Shown here piece after piece: positions 36,995 to 46,913 of a stretch of DNA of 64,000 nt. The notes under the pieces are model-generated. The model ran no database searches and was not told where the DNA came from. It saw only the letters and a program-made list of their open reading frames with translations. The stretch comes from a virus. Location of the stretch: IMG/VR virus record IMGVR_UViG_3300021335_000004, one strand, 5' to 3'. The position numbers were made by a program, and so were the translations under genes. The stretch's first letter is position 1. Every line of letters starts with the position of its first letter.

Positions 36995-37510
36995 CTACCG
37001 ATAAAACAAATGGTCTCCAATAATCGTAGTTAATTTTTTTTCGTCTGCCCATTCAGGAGATACATAGTAAGCATGATAATGAATAGACCCTTCTGTAAAG
37101 TCGTATCTTTCGGTATCTAAAAATTCTTCTATATGTATCTTTATATCTAGCCAAATTTCTCGATTGTTAATAACGTCTTTTACTCCATCACAATACCAAG
37201 AAAACTGACAACGATTTTTCACGGGATAAAAAATACGTTCATCATCTGTTAGTGTTTTGTCCTTGCGTGTTTTCCAGCTTTCCCTTACAGGTCCTTCTAA
37301 TACTACTTCGCAAATTGTGTTAGGGTATTTTTCGCTTTTTACTCTATTTAATACAACTAAAACTATAGCAATTTGTCCTGCCAAAGATTGAGTATTAGCC
37401 TCAAAATAAGCATTAGTTGTTAAACAGTCTAAGTCATTACTTAGTAATTCCATCCCTTTTGCTTCTCCAATCGTAAGTAGGAGAAGAAGCGCGCTCAATA
37501 TCTTCTTCAA
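36995..37510 (-). CDS. cell wall hydrolase, SleB/Hydrolase_2
   Basis: CL..NAYFEA…GQIA…VVLNRV…ICEVV…CQFSWYCDG…HYHA.YV.P.W…IGDHLFY. Confidence 0.9.
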   Translation of the reverse strand: MKKILSALLLLLTIGEAKGMELLSNDLDCLTTNAYFEANTQSLAGQIAIVLVVLNRVKSEKYPNTICEVVLEGPVRESWKTRKDKTLTDDERIFYPVKNRCQFSWYCDGVKDVINNREIWLDIKIHIEEFLDTERYDFTEGSIHYHAYYVSPEWADEKKLTTIIGDHLFYR

Positions 37511-38243
37511 TACATTTGTCTCCTTGCTGAACTTCTAGTATAAATAATGGCTCAGTAGTAGAGTAATTACATAATTGATGCCAACTTCCTTGATCAATAT
37601 CAATTGTTTCATGTTGTTTTACTATTTGACCAGGTACTACTCGTGTATTATACACATACGCAGTTCCTTTAACTACATACCAATGTTCAGACCTATGCTC
37701 ATGTTTCTGAAAAGATAATTCTTTATCTGGTAAAACATGAAGTTCTTTTACTTTAACAGACCCGTAATCTTTTAACACAGTCCATGTTCCCCACTCACGA
37801 ACACAATGCTCGCCTGCCCAATTAGACAATAAATGAGATGAAGAAGAGGTTTTTTGTCCTCCTACGTTCCATAGTAGCTCGATATCATTAACTAAACAAT
37901 AATCAACTTCTGGAACATTAGTATTAGACCTATCCCCACCGTTAGCAAAATATAAAAGATTATCCTCTATACCATATATTTCTTTAAACTCTTTTAGCCC
38001 ACTTAGAGCAGTACCATCACTGTCACTCATCACAATAACTTCACAAACTCCTTTGATAGAGTTCATAATATATTGTCTTTGATCCTCATCCATAAAAGGT
38101 TTGCCCTTTTTGTTAGCAAGCCAACTATCAGAATTAAGTAAAATAACTACATTACCTAATTCTGCTGCTTCCTCAATCATCTCTAAATGACCTTTGTGAA
38201 CAGGGTCAAAACCCCCGCTTACTGCTACATACTTATTTGTCAT
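37437..38243 (-). CDS. cytidylyltransferase-like domain fused to mannose-6-phosphate isomerase (cupin) domain
   Basis: SGGFDPVHKGH, ANGGDR, REWG, LSFQKH.HRSEHW, EEDIER. Confidence 0.9.
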   Translation of the reverse strand: MTNKYVAVSGGFDPVHKGHLEMIEEAAELGNVVILLNSDSWLANKKGKPFMDEDQRQYIMNSIKGVCEVIVMSDSDGTALSGLKEFKEIYGIEDNLLYFANGGDRSNTNVPEVDYCLVNDIELLWNVGGQKTSSSSHLLSNWAGEHCVREWGTWTVLKDYGSVKVKELHVLPDKELSFQKHEHRSEHWYVVKGTAYVYNTRVVPGQIVKQHETIDIDQGSWHQLCNYSTTEPLFILEVQQGDKCIEEDIERASSPTYDWRSKRDGITK

Positions 38244-38261
38244 ATTTAATTTCTCACAAAT

Positions 38262-38335
38262 TGGAGCGGCATAGGAGAATCGAACTCCTCTACATAGCTT
38301 GGAAGGCTAGTGCATTACCACTATGCTAATGCCGC
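38262..38335 (-). tRNA. tRNA-Gly(TCC)
   Basis: Loop CTTCCAA, U73, CCA. Confidence 0.95.
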
Positions 38336-38337
38336 AT

Positions 38338-38414
38338 TGGTGACTTCGGAAGGATTCGAACCCTCGACCCACAGCTTAGAAGGCTGTTGCTCTATCCAGC
38401 TGAGCTACGAAGCC
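38338..38414 (-). tRNA. tRNA-Arg(TCT)
   Basis: Loop CTTCTAA, CCA. Confidence 0.95.
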
Positions 38415-38586
38415 CTAATCTAAATCGATTATCTCCTCGATTTCTTGGAATATTTCTTTAATATTAGCCATTTGATCCGGTAAATGAACTATTTCTGCAG
38501 TATCTTCTAATATTTCTTTTATTGCTAATAATTTTTCACAGATCTCATCTGACTGATGTGGCATAATCATTTAGGTGTACCCATAA

Positions 38587-38799
38587 CTATTCTTCGATAT
38601 AGTTTTCTAAAGTATGAATCATATCTTCATATTTAGAAGCCTGCTCTAGTTCAAGTTCAATTGCTTCCATAATATCAGAGTGTTCACCGATTCCTGCAGG
38701 ATTAGCTAGATATACTTCTATATTAGCAAGATGTTTATCAAGATGCCCTTCTAAATGTTTTCTAGTAGCTCGTACTAAAGTTTCTCTAAGATTATACAT
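38587..38799 (-). CDS. conserved hypothetical phage protein
   Basis: KHLANIEVYL.NPAGIGEHSDI motif. Confidence 0.75.
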   Translation of the reverse strand: MYNLRETLVRATRKHLEGHLDKHLANIEVYLANPAGIGEHSDIMEAIELELEQASKYEDMIHTLENYIEE

Positions 38800-38934
38800 T
38801 TTTACTCCTTTGACCAATCATAAAGTTTTTTTGTGACGCTATATGTGTAGTCATAAATAGCGATTATGTGTATAAGTATAACAAAAATAAGTAGAATAAG
38901 CAAGAACGTTTTCATTATTTTTCCTTTTTTGATA

Positions 38935-39483
38935 CTAAACTCTACTAGCAGCCACCATATTTGTTAATTCACTAGTGATAGCCATATTCTTATGCTTTTT
39001 ATACTTTGTTTCCATTAACTCTTGGTTTGGTAAAAAGGGATTAAGAAATACCTGTCTCAGTTCAGAATAAAACATCTTAAACTCTTTTCCATGAGGCTTA
39101 AGTCTGCTCATTTTATGAAAATATTTATGATTATATTGAGCCGCGTGAGCCATCTCATGAGTTATATGATGTAATAGTTTGTGTTCTAGATTGTTAGTAA
39201 AAAAACCACCAATAACTTTATCAGAGTCAAAAGACGCATACTCATAAACACGTCGAGGAGCATCGTAGTTTTCATCAGGAATAGCAACACTCATGGCTAT
39301 GGAAACAATTGGTCCTCCATTACGCCAACCACCCCTAGAACAACGACGACGTTTAGACCAATCAAGTTTTGCCTCTATTAAAGCAAATTTCTTTGCACTA
39401 GATATTTTACAATGAGTATGTAACCATTTTTCGATATCATTAATATAATCATCTGCTAATTCATTCCAATATCTACGATTCAT
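38935..39483 (-). CDS. SprT-like metalloprotease-domain protein
   Basis: HEMAH…PHGKEFK. Confidence 0.75.
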   Translation of the reverse strand: MNRRYWNELADDYINDIEKWLHTHCKISSAKKFALIEAKLDWSKRRRCSRGGWRNGGPIVSIAMSVAIPDENYDAPRRVYEYASFDSDKVIGGFFTNNLEHKLLHHITHEMAHAAQYNHKYFHKMSRLKPHGKEFKMFYSELRQVFLNPFLPNQELMETKYKKHKNMAITSELTNMVAASRV

Positions 39484-39698
39484 TTACCTATATCCTTTAT
39501 GTTGCTCATGGTTACAATAGTATAAGCTCCTTTATTAAACGCAGGAGCAGTAGGAAAAATACGCTTTTCTTCACCACAATCTAGACACGTATTGTAGCCT
39601 AATTGTTTTCTCTTTATAGAGAAGTCGTCTCCGCAGTCTTCACAAATTGCAGCAAAATTTTTCTTGCTAAAATTCTTATTTAGTGTTATCATAGTCAT
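39480..39698 (-). CDS. small zinc-finger protein
   Basis: CEDC…R..LGY.TCLDC…NKGAY. Confidence 0.7.
   Translation of the reverse strand: MTMITLNKNFSKKNFAAICEDCGDDFSIKRKQLGYNTCLDCGEEKRIFPTAPAFNKGAYTIVTMSNIKDIGK
39664..39692 (+). promoter_or_regulatory. promoter of the radical SAM operon (leaderless first gene)
   Basis: TTGCTA-17-TATCAT with extended TG; ATG 39699 begins 6 nt after the -10 box. Confidence 0.65.
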
Positions 39699-40292
39699 AT
39701 GAAATTATCCGAACATATACAAAAGTTTTCACAACAGTTATACGAAAAATATAAAAAAGTAAACCCAATAGAAATTATTACTAATTATCATTTTATAAGA
39801 GATGGTAAAGTATTTTACATTGAAAATGCTGAAGAAAATATGGTGTTTCCAAACTCTTATAAAAATACTATATCAAAAATAAAAGCAAAGAGCAAGAACA
39901 CATTTAAAGTAGAAGCCTTTGAAAAGTATGATGAGTTTATATCAGATATATGTAATTATCAAAATAAAAAAGAATATATAGACTGTCATCTGTATTGGGG
40001 AAAAGTAGGAAAATCTAGTTTTATAAGTCATGTAGATCCTTATGATGTAGTAATTTTATTACTATCGGGAAATAAAAAAATGATATTTCCTGATACTAAC
40101 GAAGAAATCATACTAAATCCAGGAGAGATTGTGTATATACCAGGTAATAAAGCACATTATGCAGACAATTTAACAGAAAATATTTCTTTAAGCTTTGGTA
40201 TTAGAAGATATTATAAAGAAATAGATTTAAAGTTACAAACATTACAGATGGAAAAAGATGAAGAATATAACAGTATATCTGAAAACAACTGA
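39699..40292 (+). CDS. JmjC/cupin Fe(II)-2OG oxygenase
   Basis: HVDPYD…K…PGEIVYIP…H…SLSFG. Confidence 0.8.
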   Translation: MKLSEHIQKFSQQLYEKYKKVNPIEIITNYHFIRDGKVFYIENAEENMVFPNSYKNTISKIKAKSKNTFKVEAFEKYDEFISDICNYQNKKEYIDCHLYWGKVGKSSFISHVDPYDVVILLLSGNKKMIFPDTNEEIILNPGEIVYIPGNKAHYADNLTENISLSFGIRRYYKEIDLKLQTLQMEKDEEYNSISENN

Positions 40293-41295
40293 AACTTGTC
40301 AATTAAATTGTAAACATTGTTTTACCAATGGTATAAATGGTAAAAAAATATTTTTTAATTCAGAAAAAACTCTTAGTTGGATGAAAAAATTAAGAGAGTT
40401 CTATAAAGATAGTCATATTCATTTTGAGTTTCACGGTGGAGAACCTTTTTTAGCTCCTCTATCTGATATGAGGTATATAGTTAATCAAACAAGAGACTGG
40501 GAGAATATTTCTTTTGGTATTACTAGTAATCTTACTTTTAAACTAACTGAAGACAAAATAAATTTTATTATGGAAGATTTAAAAGGTGTCATAGGAACAT
40601 CTTGGGACATGAGTATTAGATTTTCTAACGAAAAACAAAAAGCATTATGGGAAGAAAATGTACTAAGATTAAAAAATTTGGGAGCTTACATAACACTATT
40701 TGTCAGCGTTACAAAAGAGCTTTGTAACACAGATACTCAAGAAATTATAGAGTATATAAACACTCTCAATGTTGATATTGTAGATTTTGAAAGATTAACG
40801 GGACACGGTAACGCACAACTGCACCCAGAAATATTCCCAACTAATAAAGAACAAAGTGATTGGTTTCTAAAATTATATAAAAACAATAGTAAAAAAAATT
40901 GGGAAGATTCTTTTATTAAATCAATGGTTAATACTAGAGTTAATGGTAATCAAACCGCAACTTTTTGCAGAGATTGTGAACAAAAACTATTTACCATTAA
41001 TGCAGATGGTAGTATTAGTGGTTGTCCTAACTCAGCACCTGAAGAAGTATATGGAACAATAGAAGAAGAAATTTGGGAACTTATAGTTAACCCAAAACGA
41101 ATGAAAATAATTGCTTGTGAAGCAGCACGAGATCCTAGATGTTATGAATGTGATGTTTTTGATATTTGCGGAAGTGGTTGTCATCAGCTTGAGTGGGACG
41201 AAACACATTGTCCATCGCCAAAAGAGCTATTTAGATTATTAAAAAACACCCCTATAAAGGAGTTAAAACAAGGAGAGTATTATGTCAGCAATTAA
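40258..41295 (+). CDS. radical SAM/SPASM enzyme 1
   Basis: CQLNCKHC, FHGGEP; SPASM C…GCP…CYEC…CGSGC…C. Confidence 0.92.
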   Translation: MKNITVYLKTTETCQLNCKHCFTNGINGKKIFFNSEKTLSWMKKLREFYKDSHIHFEFHGGEPFLAPLSDMRYIVNQTRDWENISFGITSNLTFKLTEDKINFIMEDLKGVIGTSWDMSIRFSNEKQKALWEENVLRLKNLGAYITLFVSVTKELCNTDTQEIIEYINTLNVDIVDFERLTGHGNAQLHPEIFPTNKEQSDWFLKLYKNNSKKNWEDSFIKSMVNTRVNGNQTATFCRDCEQKLFTINADGSISGCPNSAPEEVYGTIEEEIWELIVNPKRMKIIACEAARDPRCYECDVFDICGSGCHQLEWDETHCPSPKELFRLLKNTPIKELKQGEYYVSN

Positions 41296-41881
41296 TACAG
41301 GAGATGAGGTAAGTAAAACCGCTGTAGTAAATAGATTTAATGAAGTTATGAGAAGTCAGATTAATCCAATAATTAATGTAGGAACTTCAACATCTTTTAG
41401 TAGTGGTAATTATAATCAATTTACTAACGTGCCTAGTGGAGGAGTTCCTTTTTCAAGAATCGGAACCCCTACAGTAGCACCCGCTGTTACTAGTGGATTA
41501 GGCAGTATTGTAGATGCAGCAGATTTAGCTACATATTTAAGAAATTTAACTCGTGATTATAGTGGAGTTAGAATAACAACATACAGATATAGGTTTAATA
41601 GAACAGGCTATCCTAGCGGTAACGGAAACAAAGTTATATCTTATAGAACTACTGATTATGTACATTATGATGGAGATGTTTATAAACAAACAGTTACAGA
41701 CAATAGTGCTACGTATGACATTGAAGAAGGTGACTTAATAGATGCATCAGATTTTGAAAGTTATATAGCAGATTTATATAATCAGTGGAATTCATTAAAA
41801 AATAATAGAGTAACAGTATTTGTAGATGCTTGTCACTCAAGTTGCCATAGTAATTGTCACGGTTCAAGGGGAAGACGATGA
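41282..41881 (+). CDS. putative substrate/precursor protein with C-terminal CHSSCHSNCHGSRGRR
   Basis: Three Cys-His-x-x repeats at the extreme C-terminus; recurring G..(I/V).A.D segments; embedded among maturases. Confidence 0.7.
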   Translation: MSAINTGDEVSKTAVVNRFNEVMRSQINPIINVGTSTSFSSGNYNQFTNVPSGGVPFSRIGTPTVAPAVTSGLGSIVDAADLATYLRNLTRDYSGVRITTYRYRFNRTGYPSGNGNKVISYRTTDYVHYDGDVYKQTVTDNSATYDIEEGDLIDASDFESYIADLYNQWNSLKNNRVTVFVDACHSSCHSNCHGSRGRR

Positions 41882-42576
41882 GAATAATTAGAACTAAAGC
41901 GCCTATTGATGTAGAGTACTTACAAGAATATTTTTCTTCTGAAGAAGAGATTATTTTTGATATAATGTATTACGACTCTGATATAAAAGGAAAAACACTA
42001 CTTAATTATGTATCTAATTTAGATATTAATTTTGAAATAAATCTATATAAAACCTCACAAGAAGAGAGGTATGATTTATTGAGTAACTATTTTACTACTA
42101 ATTTATTAGTAAATTGTAAACAACTTGAACTAGCTTTGACATATATCGTATTAAAATACAATAATCGTTCAGTCGATGACCTATACTCTTTTACGCTGTT
42201 AAAAGAAGAATATGTAGATAAATTTATTGAAGAACATAGAATACAGTTACTAAATACCACAGATTTTTTAGAATCATTACCAATTACAACACTGTCTTTT
42301 GTAGACTCTTTAAAAGATTTTGTTAATCAAGAATTAAAAAATTATGAAATAATAGATGATCCTGAAATTTTAGGTAAAAACGTAATTAATCTAATTAACA
42401 ATCCTTTTATCTTTAAAATATACGAAACTTCTGGTAGTAGAAAAAGATACTTTAAACACTACGCTGAAGAATATATCTATGACGAATCTAACTTATATGG
42501 TTGGATGGAAAAATATAATGTACCATTACTAGTTTTTGTTTCGGGGATTGCTTCTGGTGTTTTGCCTAGTAAATAA
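41878..42576 (+). CDS. hypothetical protein of the radical SAM operon
   Basis: ATGA overlap with the precursor stop. Confidence 0.7.
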   Translation: MRIIRTKAPIDVEYLQEYFSSEEEIIFDIMYYDSDIKGKTLLNYVSNLDINFEINLYKTSQEERYDLLSNYFTTNLLVNCKQLELALTYIVLKYNNRSVDDLYSFTLLKEEYVDKFIEEHRIQLLNTTDFLESLPITTLSFVDSLKDFVNQELKNYEIIDDPEILGKNVINLINNPFIFKIYETSGSRKRYFKHYAEEYIYDESNLYGWMEKYNVPLLVFVSGIASGVLPSK

Positions 42577-43693
42577 AATATATTTAGATTATAATTTTTG
42601 TTATGATGCGGAAACACCTAAAATATTAGTAGGGTATAATGATCCTATACCTAATACTTGGAATTATTTTTCGGATGCTGATAAATTATTTGCTAGTAAT
42701 ACTTTAAAGAATATAAATAAAGATACTGAAATAGTAATTCTTGCTAAACAAAATGAGTATGTAAAAGTACTCACTACCTATTTAAAATCTATACTACCTA
42801 ACCACTCAGTCGAGTCTTTGTATCATTTCTATAAATTATTATTACAAAAACATATTTATCTTCATGGTAAATCATGTTTAGCACACGACAACGGCTCTGT
42901 AAATCTAAACTCGCCTTGGAACTCATTATCTTTATTAAATGTTGAAGAATTTAAAAATATATATAATCAATGTAATAAACATCATTTAGATGATTTTTAT
43001 ATAAAAGGTGCAGGAATAGAGTTACAATTAGTTAGTTATTTAGCTAATACTAAATATACACATAAAGACATTTTATATAGTAAATTATATACAATAATCG
43101 CTGATACTGTTTTAAACGAAATTACCTATTGGAAAATGAATGTCATGTGTCAGCTCTTTGAATTAGGAGATTTGATAGAAGGAATTGATTATGGGTCAAA
43201 ATTGTATGAATCTGCAACATATAAAGATTTAAACTTACCAGAAGAATATAGCTGGCTTATGGATGAAAAAATAAAAGCTTATCCAGAACTAGAGTATATG
43301 TTAAAAAACTATGATTTAAAAAATATCTTTAAACTTTATCGTAAATCAGTAATGAAATACGGGCATAATGGGTTTTTTGATAGTGAACAGCTAATGGAGC
43401 TTTTTGTAAGTGGAGATATTAGTTTAAGAAAAATAGTTGATATAGATATTAATACTATATATGCTGGGGGTAATATAGGAGAATATCAACACCAAGATAA
43501 AACTACACATTATTTATTGAGATACTTTTACTTATTATGTAAAGAAAAACGCTATGATAAGTTGTCTGAGTATTCTTTAGAAGAAAAAACTACAAAATTT
43601 AAACCTTTTATAAACTTAAAAAAGAGAAACACTAAAAAAGTAAAAGAATGGGCTCTAAAAGATCACCACAGTTTTAGAGAAGATTATGTATAA
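42536..43693 (+). CDS. hypothetical protein of the radical SAM operon
   Basis: Long coupled ORF; start uncertain. Confidence 0.7.
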   Translation: MFRGLLLVFCLVNKIYLDYNFCYDAETPKILVGYNDPIPNTWNYFSDADKLFASNTLKNINKDTEIVILAKQNEYVKVLTTYLKSILPNHSVESLYHFYKLLLQKHIYLHGKSCLAHDNGSVNLNSPWNSLSLLNVEEFKNIYNQCNKHHLDDFYIKGAGIELQLVSYLANTKYTHKDILYSKLYTIIADTVLNEITYWKMNVMCQLFELGDLIEGIDYGSKLYESATYKDLNLPEEYSWLMDEKIKAYPELEYMLKNYDLKNIFKLYRKSVMKYGHNGFFDSEQLMELFVSGDISLRKIVDIDINTIYAGGNIGEYQHQDKTTHYLLRYFYLLCKEKRYDKLSEYSLEEKTTKFKPFINLKKRNTKKVKEWALKDHHSFREDYV

Positions 43694-44675
43694 CACAGTT
43701 ATAGATAAAAAAGCATCTACTCTAGGAGAGGTTATTGTAACACTCTTTGAACACTGTAATCTTGCGTGTAGTTTTTGTTCTCAAAATCATAGTTCATTTA
43801 AGGGTGTGGAATCTATCCCAGAAAAATACTTTGCGATAAAAAGCGTCTACGAAGACTTACGCTCACAAAATAAAGAACAATTTTCATTTCATTTTATGGG
43901 CGGAGAGATTTTGAGTGATCAGATTTCAAATCAAATTTTGAATAAAATTGAAGATTTAATTCTTAGATGTCAGCAATCATTTGAAAACAGTGAATTTCTA
44001 ATAACCTCCAATATGGTATGGAGTAACAGAGATAGAGTAAAACAAATACTAGATAGATTGAATATCAAACTAGCAGTTAGTTACGACCCTGCAGGCCGCT
44101 TTAATACTAAGCAATTTGAACAGTTTATGGGTAATGTTAAATACTTCAAAGAGTATATCACTACGGTAAATATAATATTAACTGCTCCTAACATTTATAA
44201 ATTCTTATCTGATGAAATAATAGGTTTTGATTATCTGTACGAACATTTTAATGTATACTTTGACTATTATACTCCTGAAAAAAACGCTAGTATAAACTGT
44301 CCTACAGACGTAGAACTATTAAACATATTTAAGTATCTGTCTATTAATTATCCTAAAGTAGCACCAATAAACAAGTATTTATCTGGAGAAACTAAGAAAA
44401 ATTTAACTTGTCAAAGAACAAAAGTAATAGCTGCTGATGGAGAAATAGGTCACTGTAATTTACTAGTTGGAGGCAATTATAGAGCATTAGCCCATGATAG
44501 TAGAGATAAAATGGAAGCTAAATGGATAGAGGGCTTTAACTGCTTAATGTGTGACCATTTTAGTAGGTGTGGATTAGGTTGCTTTCAAGAAAACCATATT
44601 TTACCGGAAAAAAGTACTATGGAACATTGCTGGATTAAAGATTATTGGGAGTGGTTAGATGGAACTTATAATTAA
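43686..44675 (+). CDS. radical SAM/SPASM enzyme 2
   Basis: CNLACSFC, MGGE; C-terminal CLMC…CGLGC…C. Confidence 0.9.
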   Translation: MYNTVIDKKASTLGEVIVTLFEHCNLACSFCSQNHSSFKGVESIPEKYFAIKSVYEDLRSQNKEQFSFHFMGGEILSDQISNQILNKIEDLILRCQQSFENSEFLITSNMVWSNRDRVKQILDRLNIKLAVSYDPAGRFNTKQFEQFMGNVKYFKEYITTVNIILTAPNIYKFLSDEIIGFDYLYEHFNVYFDYYTPEKNASINCPTDVELLNIFKYLSINYPKVAPINKYLSGETKKNLTCQRTKVIAADGEIGHCNLLVGGNYRALAHDSRDKMEAKWIEGFNCLMCDHFSRCGLGCFQENHILPEKSTMEHCWIKDYWEWLDGTYN

Positions 44676-45732
44676 ACCAACAGAGCGTTGTAATTTTAAG
44701 TGTACTTTCTGTTCTAGTACAAAAATTGCAGATTCTAAATCTGTTGAATTGGAACACGAAAAAATATTTACTTTTTTAAAAAGGTTTCCACACACTAATA
44801 CTATTATTGTGAATGGTGGGGATCCTTTGATGATGAAACCTAGTTATTATTGGAAAATAATTAAATATTTAGAAGATAATAATTTGGATACTACAATATC
44901 TTTGACTACTAACTTGTGGCCTTTTTACACTAAACCATCTAAATGGTTATCTCTTTTTCAGCATCCTAGAGTAGGAGTTTGTACTTCTTTTCAATATGGA
45001 GGAGGTAGATTAAAAGGAGATTTTACAGAATTTAGTGAAAAAGATTTTTGGAAAGTATCTGATAAAATGTTAGATCTTGTAGGTTATAGACCTGATTTTA
45101 TTTCTGTAATCACAAAAGAAAATGAAGACAGAGCAATAGATAACGTACTCTTAGCTAAAGAAATGGGAGTAGTGTGTAAACTAAATTATGCTGTCGCAAG
45201 CGGTCCAGAAATTAAATTTCTTAATGGAATTAAAATGGGATTAGAAAACTATACTTATCTTTTAGCAGATATATATGAAATCTATCTTAAAATATATAAA
45301 CAAGGATTAGCCGATTGGGAGTATAATACTACTCAGTTATTAAAAAGATTTTCTTCTAATACTACTTGTCCACAAAACCGAAATTGTGATTCAAATATCA
45401 GAAACTTAAATCCAGGAGGTGACTATTATTCTTGTGGAGCTTTTGGAGATGATAAAGAATATGAAATAGATTTTGATAAAGAAATGAATCAGAGGAAAAT
45501 AGAAACTCCTCTACAAAACTCTATTGAATTATTATCACTAAAGCAAGCGTGTTTTACTTGTCCTATGTTTAAAATTTGCAATGGTTGTAAAAAAACTATC
45601 AGCGATATAAAAAGACTAAACTTAGTAGAGACGCACTGTAAAAAAATGAAGAAACTAGCACCTGAAATAATAGAAATATGTAACCTAGAAGATAAACTAA
45701 CGGAGTATATAGATGAATCAGTATACGCATAG
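44659..45732 (+). CDS. radical SAM/SPASM enzyme 3
   Basis: CNFKCTFC, NGGDP; CPQNRNC…SCG…CFTC…CNGC…C. Confidence 0.92.
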   Translation: MELIIKPTERCNFKCTFCSSTKIADSKSVELEHEKIFTFLKRFPHTNTIIVNGGDPLMMKPSYYWKIIKYLEDNNLDTTISLTTNLWPFYTKPSKWLSLFQHPRVGVCTSFQYGGGRLKGDFTEFSEKDFWKVSDKMLDLVGYRPDFISVITKENEDRAIDNVLLAKEMGVVCKLNYAVASGPEIKFLNGIKMGLENYTYLLADIYEIYLKIYKQGLADWEYNTTQLLKRFSSNTTCPQNRNCDSNIRNLNPGGDYYSCGAFGDDKEYEIDFDKEMNQRKIETPLQNSIELLSLKQACFTCPMFKICNGCKKTISDIKRLNLVETHCKKMKKLAPEIIEICNLEDKLTEYIDESVYA

Positions 45733-46510
45733 AAAACTATGGCCTACACCTGTTCTACTAGGAACAGTAGATAAACAATTAGCCAAGGATTTATTTAATT
45801 ATATACTGAGCAAGTACCATAATCCTGATGAAAAAACAGAAGTATTTAACCTGTTTTCTATCGGTGAACCTCTTTTGGATAATTTATACAAAAATTATAT
45901 TGTTCCTGCTACAAAAGAATATATTAAAAATAATTTATTTCAGTCTAACCATTATGAAATAAAATCCTATGCTTGGGCCCATGTATTACCACAAGGACAA
46001 AATGTGGGTATTCATAATCATCCTAACAATCATATAAGTGGCACTATATGGTTAAGCGATCATGATAGTCATCTTTTAATGGTTGATCCAAAAGGTAATT
46101 CTAACATGATGGATTTTGGATATCTAGATTTAGAAATGCTAACTAAAAAAGGTATGACTGTTGGAAATGATGAAATAAGACATAATCATACTTCTAGATA
46201 TAATGAGTATGGTAGACAGATGAATAATAGTACTCTAGATTTTTCTGGATTATTTGGTGACTATGTTGATACATTTGATAAACCAACTCATTCTGTAAAC
46301 CCAACCAACATCACTATTAAACCAGAACTTGGTAAATTTATACTATTTCCCTCATGGGTTTGGCACGAAGTAGAACCTAATCAATCTAAACTGCCTAGGA
46401 TAAGTATATCTTGGGATACTAGAATTACTCCAAAGATAAAAAAAGAGCACAATATTCATTATGAACAAGACATTAGAGTATTAGGAGATGTTCTTGATGT
46501 ACAAAGTTGA
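45713..46510 (+). CDS. 2OG-Fe(II) oxygenase (HxH type)
   Basis: AWAH…IHNHP…FPSWVWHEV…RISISW. Confidence 0.85.
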   Translation: MNQYTHRKLWPTPVLLGTVDKQLAKDLFNYILSKYHNPDEKTEVFNLFSIGEPLLDNLYKNYIVPATKEYIKNNLFQSNHYEIKSYAWAHVLPQGQNVGIHNHPNNHISGTIWLSDHDSHLLMVDPKGNSNMMDFGYLDLEMLTKKGMTVGNDEIRHNHTSRYNEYGRQMNNSTLDFSGLFGDYVDTFDKPTHSVNPTNITIKPELGKFILFPSWVWHEVEPNQSKLPRISISWDTRITPKIKKEHNIHYEQDIRVLGDVLDVQS

Positions 46511-46913
46511 AAAAGGTGAACTACACCACTTACCAATACTAATAGCTTTATCCTATAATATGACAGAAGAAGAACGTGATGAAAAAGATGATTTTATCGA
46601 GTTAATAAAAGAACAAAGAGTACATCTACTATATTTAAAAGATAAACCTATTGGATATTATACAGTAGTATCTATTGAGAGAGGAGAGTATCTTGAAACT
46701 ATCTTAATAGATAAAAAGTATCAAGGTAAGGGTGCTATTAATAAATTAGGCGAATATGCAGTAAAGTCAAAAAATGGAAAGCCTCTTTGGGGGTTGAGCC
46801 GTCACAGAAGAGTAGATATGTTATTAAAAAAATTTGGATTTGAACCAAAAGAGTATGAAATTATTAAAGGAGTTAGTTATAGATGGTGGATAAACCGTTT
46901 TCAGTCTCAATAA
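46488..46913 (+). CDS. GNAT-family acetyltransferase
   Basis: IDKKYQGKG motif A; KKFGF. Confidence 0.75.
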   Translation: MFLMYKVEKGELHHLPILIALSYNMTEEERDEKDDFIELIKEQRVHLLYLKDKPIGYYTVVSIERGEYLETILIDKKYQGKGAINKLGEYAVKSKNGKPLWGLSRHRRVDMLLKKFGFEPKEYEIIKGVSYRWWINRFQSQ

